Assembly (NCBI GenBank): GCA_030390025.1
Contig: CM059432.1
Location: 20,338,001 to 20,402,000, forward strand
Origin: Squalus acanthias
Taxonomy: Eukaryota
Length of the DNA stretch: 64,000 nt
Direction: 5' to 3'
Of the stretch, positions 50,726 through 63,527 are shown in pieces. The notes below the pieces were generated by a model. It searched no databases. It was not told where the DNA came from and saw only the letters and a list, made by a program, of their open reading frames with translations. The position numbers and the translations under genes are program-made. The first letter of the stretch is position 1. The number at the start of each line of letters is the position of its first letter.

Positions 50726-51751
50726 AAATGTGAAACTTGTCCAAAATAAAACTTGGAGAATGCAATTTACAGTTTGTTTTGAATTTTATTTTAGAAAAAA
50801 GGAAATAAACTCGTAATCCTCACATAATGAGGGTAATACATCGATCTGGTTCAACTCAAAAACCTGTTAATGCATGTTGGGAAAAAACTTTTTTCAAAGA
50901 GCATTTTGAATAATTCAATTGGTTCACCATTGGGAAGCTCTTGTTAGTTTTCAGGAGTCCTTAGCAGTTTCTCACTGGTAGTTTACGAGCTGCTTTCTTT
51001 GCATTTGATTCATATATTTCCTACCTCTTCAGTTCTGATTTGCTGCATTTTATTTTAAGCCAATCAACAAAGTGTGACAACAAAAATGAGTGTGACAAAC
51101 AGGAAATGCTCAAAAGACTTTAATATATTCGAGATAGGTTAGACTAAAGGACAGCAAACACGATCAAGAGATGCGTGAGTGAATGAGAACTGAGTGAGAA
51201 AGAAGCAAAAGTGATGAGAGAGGCATGATAGGGCAAGAGGGAAGGAGATGAGGGTACAGAAAAAGCAAATGGTTGAATGAGTGGAGAACAAGGAGGGGCC
51301 CTGAAAGGATAAGGTGATGTAACAAATAAAGAGGGGGAAAAAAAACCAGGATAATGAGAGGACAGCAGGAGAAAGAGAGAAAACGAGAGAGAAAGAGAAA
51401 AAGAGAGACTATATGTGTGAATGTTCGAGCACACTATTACCATAAATAACCATTAATTCATTGTATTCCTCCAATGCTGCTGCCTCTAGAGGTGTCAGGA
51501 AAACTACCTCAATGCTTTTTGAGGGGCTACCTGAACTGACTAGTTAAATGAACCGGCTGGATTCAGAGCCTATACGTCAGCAGTAACAAGACAGCTAGCG
51601 TAGCATTACAGGTTATTCCTAATGATGTGTGTAACAAACGCAGGTTACCACTTTTAACTGTTTTATGTTTTTAAGCACAAAATCAAAGCACCTCATTCCA
51701 TACAATGCAACTGGTGCAATTTACCTTAAAATACTGTTGTCTGAAGTGCCG

Positions 51752-52180
51752 TGGGCACCTCATCCACCACCTTAAACATTCACTCCTTCCACCACCGGCG
51801 TGCTGTGGCTGCAGTGTGTACCATCTACAAGATGCACTGCAGCAACTCGCCAAGGCTTCTTCGGCAGCATCTCCCAAACCCGTGACCTCTACCACCTAGA
51901 AGGACAAGGGCAGCAGGCGCATGGGAACACCACCACCTCCAAGTTCCCCTCCAAGTCACACACCATCCAGGCTTAGAAGTATATCACCGATCCTTCATTG
52001 TCGCTGGGTCAAAATCCTGGAACTCCCTCCCTAACAGCACTGTGGGAGTACCTTCACCACACGGACTGCAGCGGTTCAAGAAGGTGGCTCACCACCACCT
52101 TCTCAAGGGCAATTAGGGATGGACAATAAATGCTGGCCTTGCCAGTGATGCCCAGATCCCATAAGCGAATAAAAAAAAAC
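51752..52180 (+). mobile_element. 3' end of the 45940-48842 LINE family
   Basis: Colinear with 48415-48840. Confidence 0.88.
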
Positions 52181-52454
52181 TTTGCACCAGCAGTAAGGAG
52201 ATATTTGAATATGCCAAGTTCTCTCTTGAACAAGAACACATTTAGAGTCACAAAACCATGCTAAATGCATTAACAAAACTAGTTCAACATGCTGAAGCAC
52301 TGCAGTCTAAGATAACCCATGTCAGATCTTTCTTAGTTCTTAAATTATTTTACAAATACCGGAAGAGTGCGACTACAGCCAGTTTGCATTATATAGCCAG
52401 TTTGCATTATAAATGTGGATGTGGGAGTCCATAATGCAAAAAGTGGACAGCAAG

Positions 52455-53605
52455 GTTTTTTTTAACGTTTGTTCTTGGGATGTGGGCGACACAGGCAAGG
52501 CCACATTTATTGCCCATCCCCAGTTGCCATGAGGTGATGACAGCCTTCTCCTTGAACCACTGGTGATCCCAAATGAGGTTAGGTAGGAAACAACAGGATT
52601 TTGACCTAACAATGATAAAGGAATGATGGCATGCATCAAGGTCAGGACAGCACGTGACATGAAGGGCAACTTGGAGGTGATTGGTGTACCCAGGACGATG
52701 CTGCTCTTGTCTGTCTTAGTGTTGAAGGTTATAGGGCTGGGAGATGCTCTCAAAATAAGTAGAAGAATTGTTGCAGTGTACCCTATAAATTGCACTCTGG
52801 TGGTGGAGGGAGTGGTTGCGGTGTTCAGTGGCAGGGGCGCGCGCGATCAAGCAGATTGTATCAGCCTCGAGTGTTTTTTCCTTTTCACCCGTCCACTCAA
52901 GTGGCAAGTATTCCTGTCTTGAACAGAGGGTACCACTGGGAGGTGACTGGGCCTTTTTTTTTTGTTGAAAATGATCATTGCCTGGCACTTATGTGGTGCA
53001 AATGTTACCTGCCACTTGTCGTCCCAAGCCTGAATGTTACCCAGGTCCTGTTTTAGGCTGCAATGGCATACTCCATTATTGGAGGAGATATGAATGGAGC
53101 TGAACAATGTGGAATCATTGATAAACAGCCTAGTCCTGACATTGTGACAGAAAGGTCATTGATGAAGCAGCTGGAGATGGTTGAGCAGAGGATGTTGCCC
53201 TGTGGAACTCTGACAGTGATGTCCTGGGGCTGCAGTAATTGCTGGTTGACAATCATAACGATCATCCTGTGGCAGGAATGACTCCAGCTACTGTAAGTTT
53301 CCCCCCCCGCCCAACAGACTCCCATTGATTCTCAGTTTTGCTAGGGCTCCTCGGTGCTTGAATGCTGCCTTGATGTTGAGGGAAGCTATTCTCACCTCTC
53401 CTCCCACGGTCAGCTCTCGCATCTACGACTCTATCCATGCTGTGATGAGCTCAAAGCTGAGTGGTTCTGGTACAATCCAACCCAGGTATCAGTAAGCAGA
53501 TTATTGGTGAGTAGATAGCACTTGATGGCAATATTGATTACTTCTTCCATGACTGGGAGGAGGTGATAATTAGCCGGGTTAGATTTGCCCTGCAATTTCA
53601 GGTAA
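52455..53605 (-). mobile_element. Older copy of the same LINE family
   Basis: ORFs QDLGNIQAWDDKWQVTFAPHKCQAM and VPQGNILCSTISSCFINDL. Confidence 0.8.
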
Positions 53606-54307
53606 ATGTGTGTGCGAATGTAAGATTTATTACAGTTGCACCTAGCTAACCTGACCAGCAGACAAGAGAAATATTTGCAACAAGACTCAAGTAGATAATT
53701 CAAAGAGCCTTCCAGAAGCAACCTCACAGGGTCAATAAAATAAATTTAAAGAATAAATCAGTGATAAACTTGCCTCCTAGATATTCTTTAGCCAATTTGC
53801 AGTGCACCTAGCTTACTCAACCCACATGCACATTAAGTATTCCAACAGGACTTAAGTGGGACTGATGGCTGCCGACATTAAGTAGCAGGGAGCACAACAT
53901 TAAAAGAGGCCTCCTGAAGCTCTCCTGACAAGGTAAGAACATTAAATTAAAAACTAACTTTGAAATTGCTACCTCCATATGTTTTTGCCCAAGTACACAG
54001 GAACATGTTCTAGATGACCGAGACAGCACACATCACTACAAAAGCTCACCCAACAGGGAAGTGCAAGGAAAAAAAAATCGTGATTTTCAAAAACAATAGG
54101 ATTCATTGTAGACAAAACATTCACTACTTGAAATTCTACCACCTTTTCCTCCTACCCTTGTTTTCACCTTACTGTACCGCACCAATGTTTCCAGAGGACA
54201 TTTTGACCCACGCAACAGCCTGTCACATAATGTTTGGGAAGGGGGGGGGGGGGGGGGAGGGTCCCACTTTATCTAATAAGTTACATAATGTGATCCTCAC
54301 AGTGAAG

Positions 54308-54439
54308 AAAGAAACAAAGAAACAAAGAAACAAAGAAACAAAGAAACAAAGAAACAAAGAAACAAAGAAACAAAGAAACAAAGAAACAAAGAAACAAAGA
54401 AACAAAGAAACAAAGAAACAAAGAAACAAAGAAACAAAG
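54308..54439. repeat. (AAAGAAAC)n octamer array as an expanded SINE tail
   Basis: About 16 perfect units abutting the SINE 3' end. Confidence 0.95.
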
Positions 54440-54905
54440 TCTTATATAGCGCCTTTCACAACCTCAGGACGTCCCAAAGCACTTTACAGTCAATGAAGCA
54501 CATGGCGGATAACTCCCCTGGTCTTCTTCGAAATAGTTGTAATGTAGGAAACGTGGCAGCCAATTTGCGCACAGCAGCCCCCAGAAACAGCAATGTGATA
54601 ATGACCAGATCATCTGTTTTTATGATGCTGATTTTGAGGGATAAATATTGGCCAGGACACGGCGGATAAATCCCCTGGTCTTCTTCGAAATAGTGCCATG
54701 GGATCGTTTACCGTTTACGTCCACCTGAGAGAGCAGACGGGGCCTTGGTTTAACATCTCATCCGAAATCAGGCACACCTCTCAGTGCAGTGCTCCCTCAG
54801 TACTGTACTGGAGTGCCAGCCTGGATTTGTGTGCTCAAGTCTCAGGAGTGGGACTTGAACCAAAGACCTTCTGACTCAGAGGTGAGTGCTACCCACTGAG
54901 ACACG
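54440..54905 (-). mobile_element. DeuSINE with an internal segment duplication
   Basis: Reverse-complement SINE. 54500-54537 duplicates 54658-54694. Confidence 0.88.
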
Positions 54906-57289
54906 GTGAAGGCAGAGCATCAATGGAATGTCGCGACTCAGCATTTTAAATAATACAAAGATTAGCTTCAGAACAGCACTTGGGTTGCAACCTCACTTAC
55001 ATCCCATTAAAACATTATTTCAATTAATTAATTTGGATGGGTATAACTAATGTTCTTTAAAAAAAAATGTAAAGTGATAAAAGGGTTAACATACAAATGC
55101 AGCATTCTCCTATAAAATATTTAATTGGGTTCAACATTTGTGGTTTTTAAACTTTCCTTCTTGTTAGATTTTTCAGTTAAAATGCTCAGCTCCTCATTAA
55201 CGCTGCTGCCACCTTACTGAAGTCTGCAGAAGTACCCTGTCATCTTTGGTGAGTTGGTCGCCTGACTTGAGGCACAGCTGTCAACAGTGAGCTGTGTAAC
55301 CAAGGCATTAGAACGTCAGTTTGGCTCAGTTGGTAGTATACTCACCTCAAAGTCAGAAGGCGGTGATAAGAAGCCTCACTCTAGGACATGAGCAAATAAG
55401 CCAAGCTGACACGCCAAGCTCGCTGCTCCATCATCATTAGTGCAGTAGGGTGGTGGGGAACTTTAAGCTGCCACTACTTTCCTGGTCAGAAATCCCAGAT
55501 TCAACCAATTAGTGTATTGCTGGGCCGGCAAAGAGGATAAGTCCCACCTAGCAATTATACAGCTGGGCCAGGGAGTGGGGAATGGAAAACTTGTGCGAGG
55601 TGGAGGCCTGGCTCTACTGCAGGTTTTAAAGTCAATCAACGGTAGCTAGAAATGTGAAGGGAGGTAGTAGCTAGGATAGGTGCTAAATGGCAGGCAGAGG
55701 GATTCAATATGTGTGTGGTGGATGGCAAGAAATCAACTCACTCAGCCGCTCAAGCCACGTGGAAGGAGGTAGCAGTGGCTGAGAGTCATGGCCATCTCCA
55801 TGACTCCTTAAGACAGCCCTACAACGCAAGAAGAAATTTAATGAGCTGACATGGGTAGCAAAGGTAAGAGATGGGCTGGGCACATGCCACAAATGCTGTC
55901 ATACCCTCTGTGCCAGTGCATCACTCCTTGCCCTCACAGTGTTCAGCTACTGCCCTGTGGGGCTGCACAGTGCACCACTGGTCACATCCACCTCCCACTC
56001 AACCAAAAATAGACCAAAGTTTTGACAAAAAGAATTCCCTCGGGGCCCCACCCACTCAAAGATGCAGGCCAAGTGAAAGCCAAGGCTTCAGCATCAAAGA
56101 GAAAAAAAATTCAAATCAGCTCAGTAATTCCAGAGTAATTCAAAACATATCCAAATTTCAGTACTGCCCCTTCAATAGACCCACGTTCACCTTGATTAGG
56201 TGTTCCTGATCAGCACGGTTGCTTATACAAATGTACTTTGTGAGGACTTTTGAGAAGTCAGAAATGACAGAACTTATGACAGACCACGTAATTTTTCCAT
56301 CATTTTTTTACATCTGCTGGGAAAAGGCAGGTGTTCCTTGTACCCAACCCCCTCCCACCACCCCCTGCGCCCCCCCGCCCCCCCACCATATGTGGCAAAA
56401 TTTAAGAACAACTGCAAAAAGGGCAGAAAGCCAGCTCCCCGAGCCAGAAATTTCATGGCCTTGAAAGCCCACACAGAATGGAAAACAACATAATGCATCC
56501 ACATAGAATGGGGCAGACAGACTTCATCAATAAAGATGACTAAAGAAGTACAATGAACATTAGAAGGATGTTCATTTAACCATTACACATGTTTGATACC
56601 ATTTAAAAAAGCACCATGAGTAGATAGCACAGCTCAGGAGGGGGGCCCAAACCTCGCAACAACAACAAACTCGACACTGGACACCCGAAGAAAAATAGGA
56701 ACTGCTGATCAGGGTGCCAAAGCAAGCTGCCTGGCCTCATACACTGTTCACCTCCACTGAAACACTGCTATTTTTTCTTCCTTCCCCCTTGAGCATACAC
56801 TCCCCCTCTCAAATTAACATGATCCTTGTGTGCGCACATTTCTCATATTGTAAATTTGCCTTCTGTGTGGAGCTCTGCTCTGGGGGAAGTGGGTCCTTCC
56901 CCCAATCCCAATCCCCAGTTGTGAGAATCACACTAAACGTGGGAGAGTGGGCGACTTACTCCTCACCCTCCTGGCACTGTGATATGGACCACAGACATTT
57001 AAAATGTGCGGCACTGGCCTCAATAACGCGGAACACCACTGTTTCAGTTAATGTTATGCTTTATTGCAAAGAAATTGTGCACAAAGTTTACAAAGCACTA
57101 ACAACAGCTTTTTTGAAGCCCCCGTTTGATGTGCATCACATTTGTTCCTGACAGACTCTAGTCCTACATCTTTCAGTTCCTCTACTTTAAAGCATTCATG
57201 GCTTTCAGTCAGCTTTAGAGAAAATGGGTTCACGTCGAGACTTCTGTTGCAGTTCTCTTTTGACTGTCCTTACAATGTTGAAAGCCCGA

Positions 57290-57640
57290 GTGTGCTTTCA
57301 ACCAGGATGATGCCAGGAATAGCAACTAAAGTTATAGGGAGAGACGCCAGATACTGGAACTATTTCCATTGGAGCAGAGAAGGCGAAGAGAAGATTTAAA
57401 AGAGGTTTTTAAAATTATGACGGATTTGGTTGGGGAGTCAGTGATGATGGGTCCTCAATTTAAAATTAACACTAAGGAGTGAGGAGATTAGGATATTTTT
57501 TTTTAAAATATAGTGGGTTGTTAGAGCATGGGTTGCTTCGGCACAGGGGGAGGCTGACCCAGAAACTATTGCATCTTTTAATTGGTAAATATTTGAAGCA
57601 AAGGAAAATACAAGGCAACGGGTAAAAAGCAGGGCATCCT
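57290..57640 (+). mobile_element. Old CR1 3' fragment
   Basis: Degraded TRMMPG..GDL..VFKIM-like region. Confidence 0.55.
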
Positions 57641-58584
57641 ACTTGTCCAATTCATCACAAGGTAGGTATGGGAACATGTTTGGTTATTTGGCGTGAAGAG
57701 AGGAGGGACCTCATAACGGATCTTTACCACATCAGATTGATACTATGAATCCAAAATATCTCTGCCATTTTTTTAAACAATCTTCTGCATCCACGTAATA
57801 TTTCACAATGAACTTTAATATGGAGGTAAAAGTTCTATCCACTATTTTAGGCAAAAAAGTCAATACAAGTAAAAAAAAAAAAGCAGGAAATGCCCCTATT
57901 CACTCCTGTTTACTTTATCAGTTAAATTAGCAGAGACAGAAATTTTGACTCTAAGAAAAAGTCAGGACTTCACTCTACCAGCAAACTGACACGCACTAGC
58001 TCTGCTAGCTTGGATGGGCTGTGTGTTGCGAGGAACTGATTCATCTTTTCCCAGGCAGCATGCTTTGCATTCTACTGTTGTTTCCCCGACGTCTCACGTC
58101 ACAGCACATCAAAATGTCCACCATAGCTAGTGGCAAAAATCGTATCTACAGGAAGTACACAAAGCACAAAAATAGGCCTCGGCAATCCAATCAAATGTTG
58201 TCTTCCAGCTGCTCTGGTTTGTTGGCCGACTCTGGAATTTCTCTCTTGTTTACTGTGATAACACAGCTCTCAATGTACTCTTCAAAAAAAAAGAAAATAA
58301 TGCATAAAAGCCAGCTACAAAAAATAAAAAGCAGGTTACAAAGTTTTGTACACAGCAGTTAAAAATAAAATGCATGTAGAAAAGGGTATTAAAACATGTG
58401 ACACAATCTTTGCCATTGTTAAAAAAAAATGAACATAGCTTGAGTTAGCTTAAAACATAGGTTGACAAAAATGTTAAGATTTAACTTACTTTACCAAGCA
58501 AACCAGTATGGTTGCAAAATTTTTGTGGTGAAAACACAAATCAAAATCGTGTGAAAACATTGATAAACAGTAAAAGGTTGCTCA

Positions 58585-59110
58585 AAGCCTCATCCATGCC
58601 TTTGTTACCTCTCGACTTGACTATTCCAATGCACTGCTGGCCGGCCGCCCACCTTCCACCCTCCATAAACTTTAACTCATCCAAAACTCTGCTGCCCGTG
58701 TCCTAACTCACACCAAGTCCCGTTCACCCATCACCCCTGTGCTCACTGACCTACATTGGTTTCCGATTAAGCAACGCCTCGATTTCAAAATTCTCATCCT
58801 CGTTTTCAAATCCCTCCATATCTCTAAACTCCTCCAGCCCTAAATCCTTCCGAGATATCTGCGCTCCTCCAATTCTAGCCTCTTGCGTATCCCCAATTTC
58901 AATCGCTGTGACTTCAGCTGTCGAGGCCCTAAGCTCTAGAATTCCCTCCCTAAACTTCTCTGCCGCTCTTTCCTCCTTTAAGATGCTCCTCAAAACCTAC
59001 CTCTTGTCATCTTCCCTTTTATCTCTATGTGTCTCGGTGTCAAATTTTGTCTGATAACGCTCCTTGGGATGTTTTACTACGTTAAAGGTGCTATATAAAT
59101 GCAAGTTGCT
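58585..59110 (+). mobile_element. L2 3' fragment
   Basis: Matches 26927-27520. Confidence 0.88.
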
Positions 59111-59659
59111 ACATTAATAAGCATAGCCTTGAAAGGTCAGTCTAAACAATTAAAACACAGATAAATCCATGTAGAAAATAGGGACATAAATCACAAGCCA
59201 AATACCTTCAATTTTATCTTTCAAGCAGTATTGCAGCCTCCCCTCTGCTCGTGCTCCAGTGCTTCCACTGTCTGCCTGAAAAGTCCCCCTTACTGTTCTC
59301 TTATCTTCTATTCTTCAGGCCAGGATCCTCCAAACCAAACATGGCAGAGGTAGATAAACAGGTTGGTTTTACACAACAGCCAAACAATGGGTAAAGTGCA
59401 ACGACCTTCCTCCGTAAGCAACAGGAAGGCCCCTTTGCTGGTTTTGACGTTTAACCAAGGCATGAAGTTCAAATTGATAAGCAGCAAGATAACTGGGTGA
59501 CACTTGACGTCACGCTTTCCGAGTATTCAAATGTACTCAATGTGGGACAATTGAGGAGTATGGGCAGCGGGCCTGCATGGTTCAACCGCCAACTCGCGTT
59601 CCTTTCTTTTATGTTCCGCCCAACTACATTCAAGTGCTACCCTATACAGCTATACAAAG

Positions 59660-59813
59660 GTGAGAAGTCGCACAACACCAGGTTGTAGTCCAACAGCTTT
59701 ATTTGAAATCACGAAAGCTTGTGATTTCAAATAAAGCTGTTGGACTATAACCTGGTGTTGTGCGACTTCTCACTTTTGTCCACCCCAGTCCAACACCGGC
59801 ATCTCCGCATCAT
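59660..59813 (+). mobile_element. Miniature Penelope family B hairpin element
   Basis: 53-bp inverted arms around GAAAGCTT plus the Penelope tail. 12-bp TSD AGCTATACAAAG (59648-59659 / 59814-59825). Confidence 0.9.
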
Positions 59814-60482
59814 AGCTATACAAAGCAAAGGGGTCTAATAGAATGCCCTTTCACATCTATTGTTCCCCACACAATGATCTACAATGGTAGAAAGAAAAAT
59901 TATAAATCTTGGAAATCTGTAATAAAAGCAGAGAATGCAAAAAAAAATAGACAGGGTCTGTCAGCATCGGAAAAGAGTAGGGATGGTGGGTTAACATTTG
60001 GAGTTACAACTCACCAGAACCAAGAACACTTTGTTTGTGGTTATGCAGATGGCTGAAACATGCAGAAACCCATCACCATGTTTGAAAGTTGCCAAAGCAG
60101 GATTCTTGGAAATCTGTGCTCATTTGTAGAGATTCTGTTTGCCCAATATGGAGTGCATTCAGAAATGCTTCAGGGAGGGGGCCTTAGAGCTTAGAGCAGT
60201 TCTTTTGCATTAAATTCATTCTCGGGATGTGTGCGTCACTGGCAAGGCCACATGGAGCCACATTGACCACATTTACCTCCTCTCTCTCTCCACCCACCCC
60301 CCCTCCCCACCCCCGACCCACTTCAAAATGGAGTAACTATGTGACGGTCACAGACAACTGATAAGCATGAGTTTGCGCCCGTGCAAGACGGACTGCAGGT
60401 GCAAAGAGCTTCTCATCAGCAGCATAGCTCACCATAAAATGTTTGAATGCATTGCCATTTGACCATAGCATGGATATACACC

Positions 60483-60590
60483 ATAGAAACATAGAAAAAT
60501 AGGAGCAGGAGTAGGCCATTCGGCTGATCCTCTATCTCAATACCATATTCCCGCTCTCTCCCCATACCCCTTGATGCCTTTTGTGTCTAG
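60483..60590 (-). mobile_element. Short CR1 3' tail
   Basis: Reverse complement of 40462-40602 with an internal deletion. Confidence 0.8.
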
Positions 60591-60659
60591 ACCATATTCC
60601 ATTGAGTGGGGGTTCCACCAAGTGCAGGTGGAGAGTTTCAGCAACAACTGCTTACCCCA

Positions 60660-61120
60660 GTGTCAGCTGTGGCTCAGTTGGAAGCATGCTCGCCTGAGTC
60701 AGAAGGTTGTGGGTTCAAGTCCCACTCCAGGGATTTGAGCACATAAATCTAGGCTGACACTCCAGTGCAGTGCTGAGGGAGTGCTGCACTGTCGGAGGTG
60801 CCGTCTTTCGGATGAGACGTTAAACCGAGGCCCCGTCTGCTCTCTCAGGTGGACGTAAAAGATCCCATGGCACTATTTCGAAGAAGAGCAGAGGAGTTAT
60901 CCCCGGTGTCCTGGCCAAAATTGTTCCCTCAACCAACATCACAAACAGATTACCTGGTCATTATCTCATTGCTGTTTGTGGGAGCTTGCTGGGTGCAAAT
61001 TGGCTGCCGCATTTCCCACATTACAACAGTGACTCCACTTCAAAAAGTACTTCATTGGCTGTAAAGCGCTCTGAGACATCCGGTGGTCGTGAAAGGCGCT
61101 ATAGAAGTGCAAGTCTTTCA
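60660..61120 (+). mobile_element. DeuSINE, full length
   Basis: tRNA head, core and tail as in 21569-22035. Confidence 0.9.
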
Positions 61121-62795
61121 AGTTTTCTTTAGTCTGTAACCTGGGATTGGTAAACACCAAGCTCTGCATGCTTCACACGTGTTCTCATACCTAGCCACCA
61201 GTACCACCTTCGAGTAGCTGTCATCGCAATTCTCTGTTTCCTCATCAGCTAAAAAATGGGCATGTGCTTTAAACATAGTGGAAGGACCGACAAAGGGTAG
61301 CTTAGATCAAGCAAGCTACTTTAAAATTCTAGATATCCGTGCCTATTGCTGCATACTGGGTTTATCAACCACCAGCTAATATAAAAAAAGCGGGACCAAC
61401 CTTTTACAGGACTGTCTGAAACAGGAAAAGAAAACAACAGATAAAAGACAAGTGTACAGAAAATGCTAGCTGTTACACTGAGGCAGCTCGAGTGTTTAAT
61501 ATTGTCATGCTCTCAACCAGTAACATTAGCCGTCATTTTAGATGTCCGTGCACCTGCATAATTCCAGGAGTTTGTTACTATTTTGATTTTGCTTGGCAGG
61601 GAAGTTTTCAGAACACAAGCCACACACAAACTGTGCATGCACAAGTGTTTAAAAGACACAATTTGCAACTTTCATTTTCTGGGCACAAAGCTTCCCAGAT
61701 GTCAAAGACATAAATCATGACAGTGTGTGCAGTGACTCTTTATGATAATATGCTTCATCCATAATGTGAATCACTAACAAGTACAATGCACCAGACGGTA
61801 CTACAGCGTAAGTGTGGCACGTCTATCCCCTGCCCTGCTCGGTTCCCAATCTCAATTAAGCAATAACAAAGAGAGTTATATTTAGGAATATGGTTTCAGA
61901 CCTTCCAATAACCATCATTAAGGGAACAATCTGGGACTGCAACCAATCCACTTTTGAACCAGACAGTCTCATTTTTTTTTTTAAATACACTGTCTGGAAA
62001 TTTCTAAAACATAAAACAAAAGTCTTGTTTTGTCTTATTTAAAAAAACAACAGAACTCCATTTCCCCCTCTCTCCCCACGTCTCAAGTGATTTGGGGCGG
62101 TTACTTTGATGAATTTTCAGCATCAGCAAAGCGAACGCAAGGACTCGAGCGATGATCCTATTGTGCCATCGGTCAAGTGTTGTCGAAATCTGGTAGCTCA
62201 ACCGCAATTGGTGCACAATTCACAGAGAAAACTGGATAGTTTACCATCCAAAAACAAAATAGAAAGGAGAATAAAATCCACCTTGTAATGCATTTTTACA
62301 AACGCAGAGTGTCTCTTTTGCCCTTGTTATATACTGCGAAACTATGTGACTAATATTGGAAAAAAATAACATGTCATTTTCGGTTTTCTGATGCCTGACC
62401 CCTCTCAACTGGACCCAGGGCTGGCAGGAGAGCAAGGCTGTTTATGATAAGAGTGCTCTTCTGATACAAGAAGCTGTTGTCACATTTGTGAAATGGGCAA
62501 CCCTCACCATTTCACAATCAAGATAAGCCAGACTTGAAAGATATGATTAGTGTGGATGAGGAGCCTTGAGAGAAAAAATACATAATTTCAGATGACTGCG
62601 AGCAGCTCAAGGCATTATATGGAAAACTCATTAAAACATGCTACATTTTTTTTTGATGCAAAGGACCTACTTCATACAAATTAAAGATTAACAGGCCACT
62701 GTTCTATATGATTTCTGATCTTTCTATATTTACTCTTCAGTTCAATGCTACTTTGTTCCATGAGACTGCTTTCGACAATGCAACTAGTTCTGACG

Positions 62796-63523
62796 TCTCT
62801 CCCAAGACATCAAACCCCCATCCCACAGAAGTGTGTTCCTGCTCTTTTCATAAAGGTCTATCTTGAAGGCCCTCTTAACTGGAGTCACTTGTTTCCTTAT
62901 ATAATACCTCTGATACAGTAACCAACTCTGAGGGCTTAGCTACTTACGGTCAGGTGCATGGTACTGCCCCCAGCAATTTCAGGAGATTACCATGAATTAC
63001 AGCAAGTTGAAGCTAAAAGTTGCCATTGTTCAACACAGCTTTTAATCTGAACATGAATGTACGGAACATTACGTGCACCCTCTTTGAACTAGACATTATA
63101 CCATGGGTTTTGTGGCCTCGAGAACTGCGGCACTCCAGTTAATCAAATCGCGTTGACATCAAATCTGGGAACTTCAAAATGAACAATGATGGTTTTTTTC
63201 CTGCCATTTTTGCCAGAGTCAAAACTCACATCTCTGTATGGAATGAAAAAAAATAGACCTACTTTGTAAGCTTCTGGCTTGACACTTCGCATGGTGATGC
63301 CACATACTGTAGAAGAGAGTGTGGAAACAAAATCTAGCAAACAGAGTGCACTGGGGAAAGGGCAGCACCACGTTAAGTATCAGAGCCCTCAAAATCAGAT
63401 ACTGTATCAGAGGCGATTTACAAGGAAACATGTGACTCCAATTAAGAGGAACTTCAAGATAGACCTTTTGGAAAGAGCAGAAACACACTTCTGAGGGATG
63501 GAGGTCTGATGTATTGGGAGAGA
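62796..63523. repeat. Diverged long inverted repeat (arms about 62796-62946 and 63374-63523), probable old MITE
   Basis: The reverse complement of the right arm aligns along the left arm, e.g. CAGAAGTGTGTT.CTGCTCTTT, AAAGGTCTATCTTGAAG, CCTCTGATACAGTA. Confidence 0.8.
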
Positions 63524-63527
63524 TATT

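Noticed and set aside
54014..54496. 160-aa ORF with KKQRNKET repeats
   Set aside because: Translation of the (AAAGAAAC)n array and SINE tail, not a gene.
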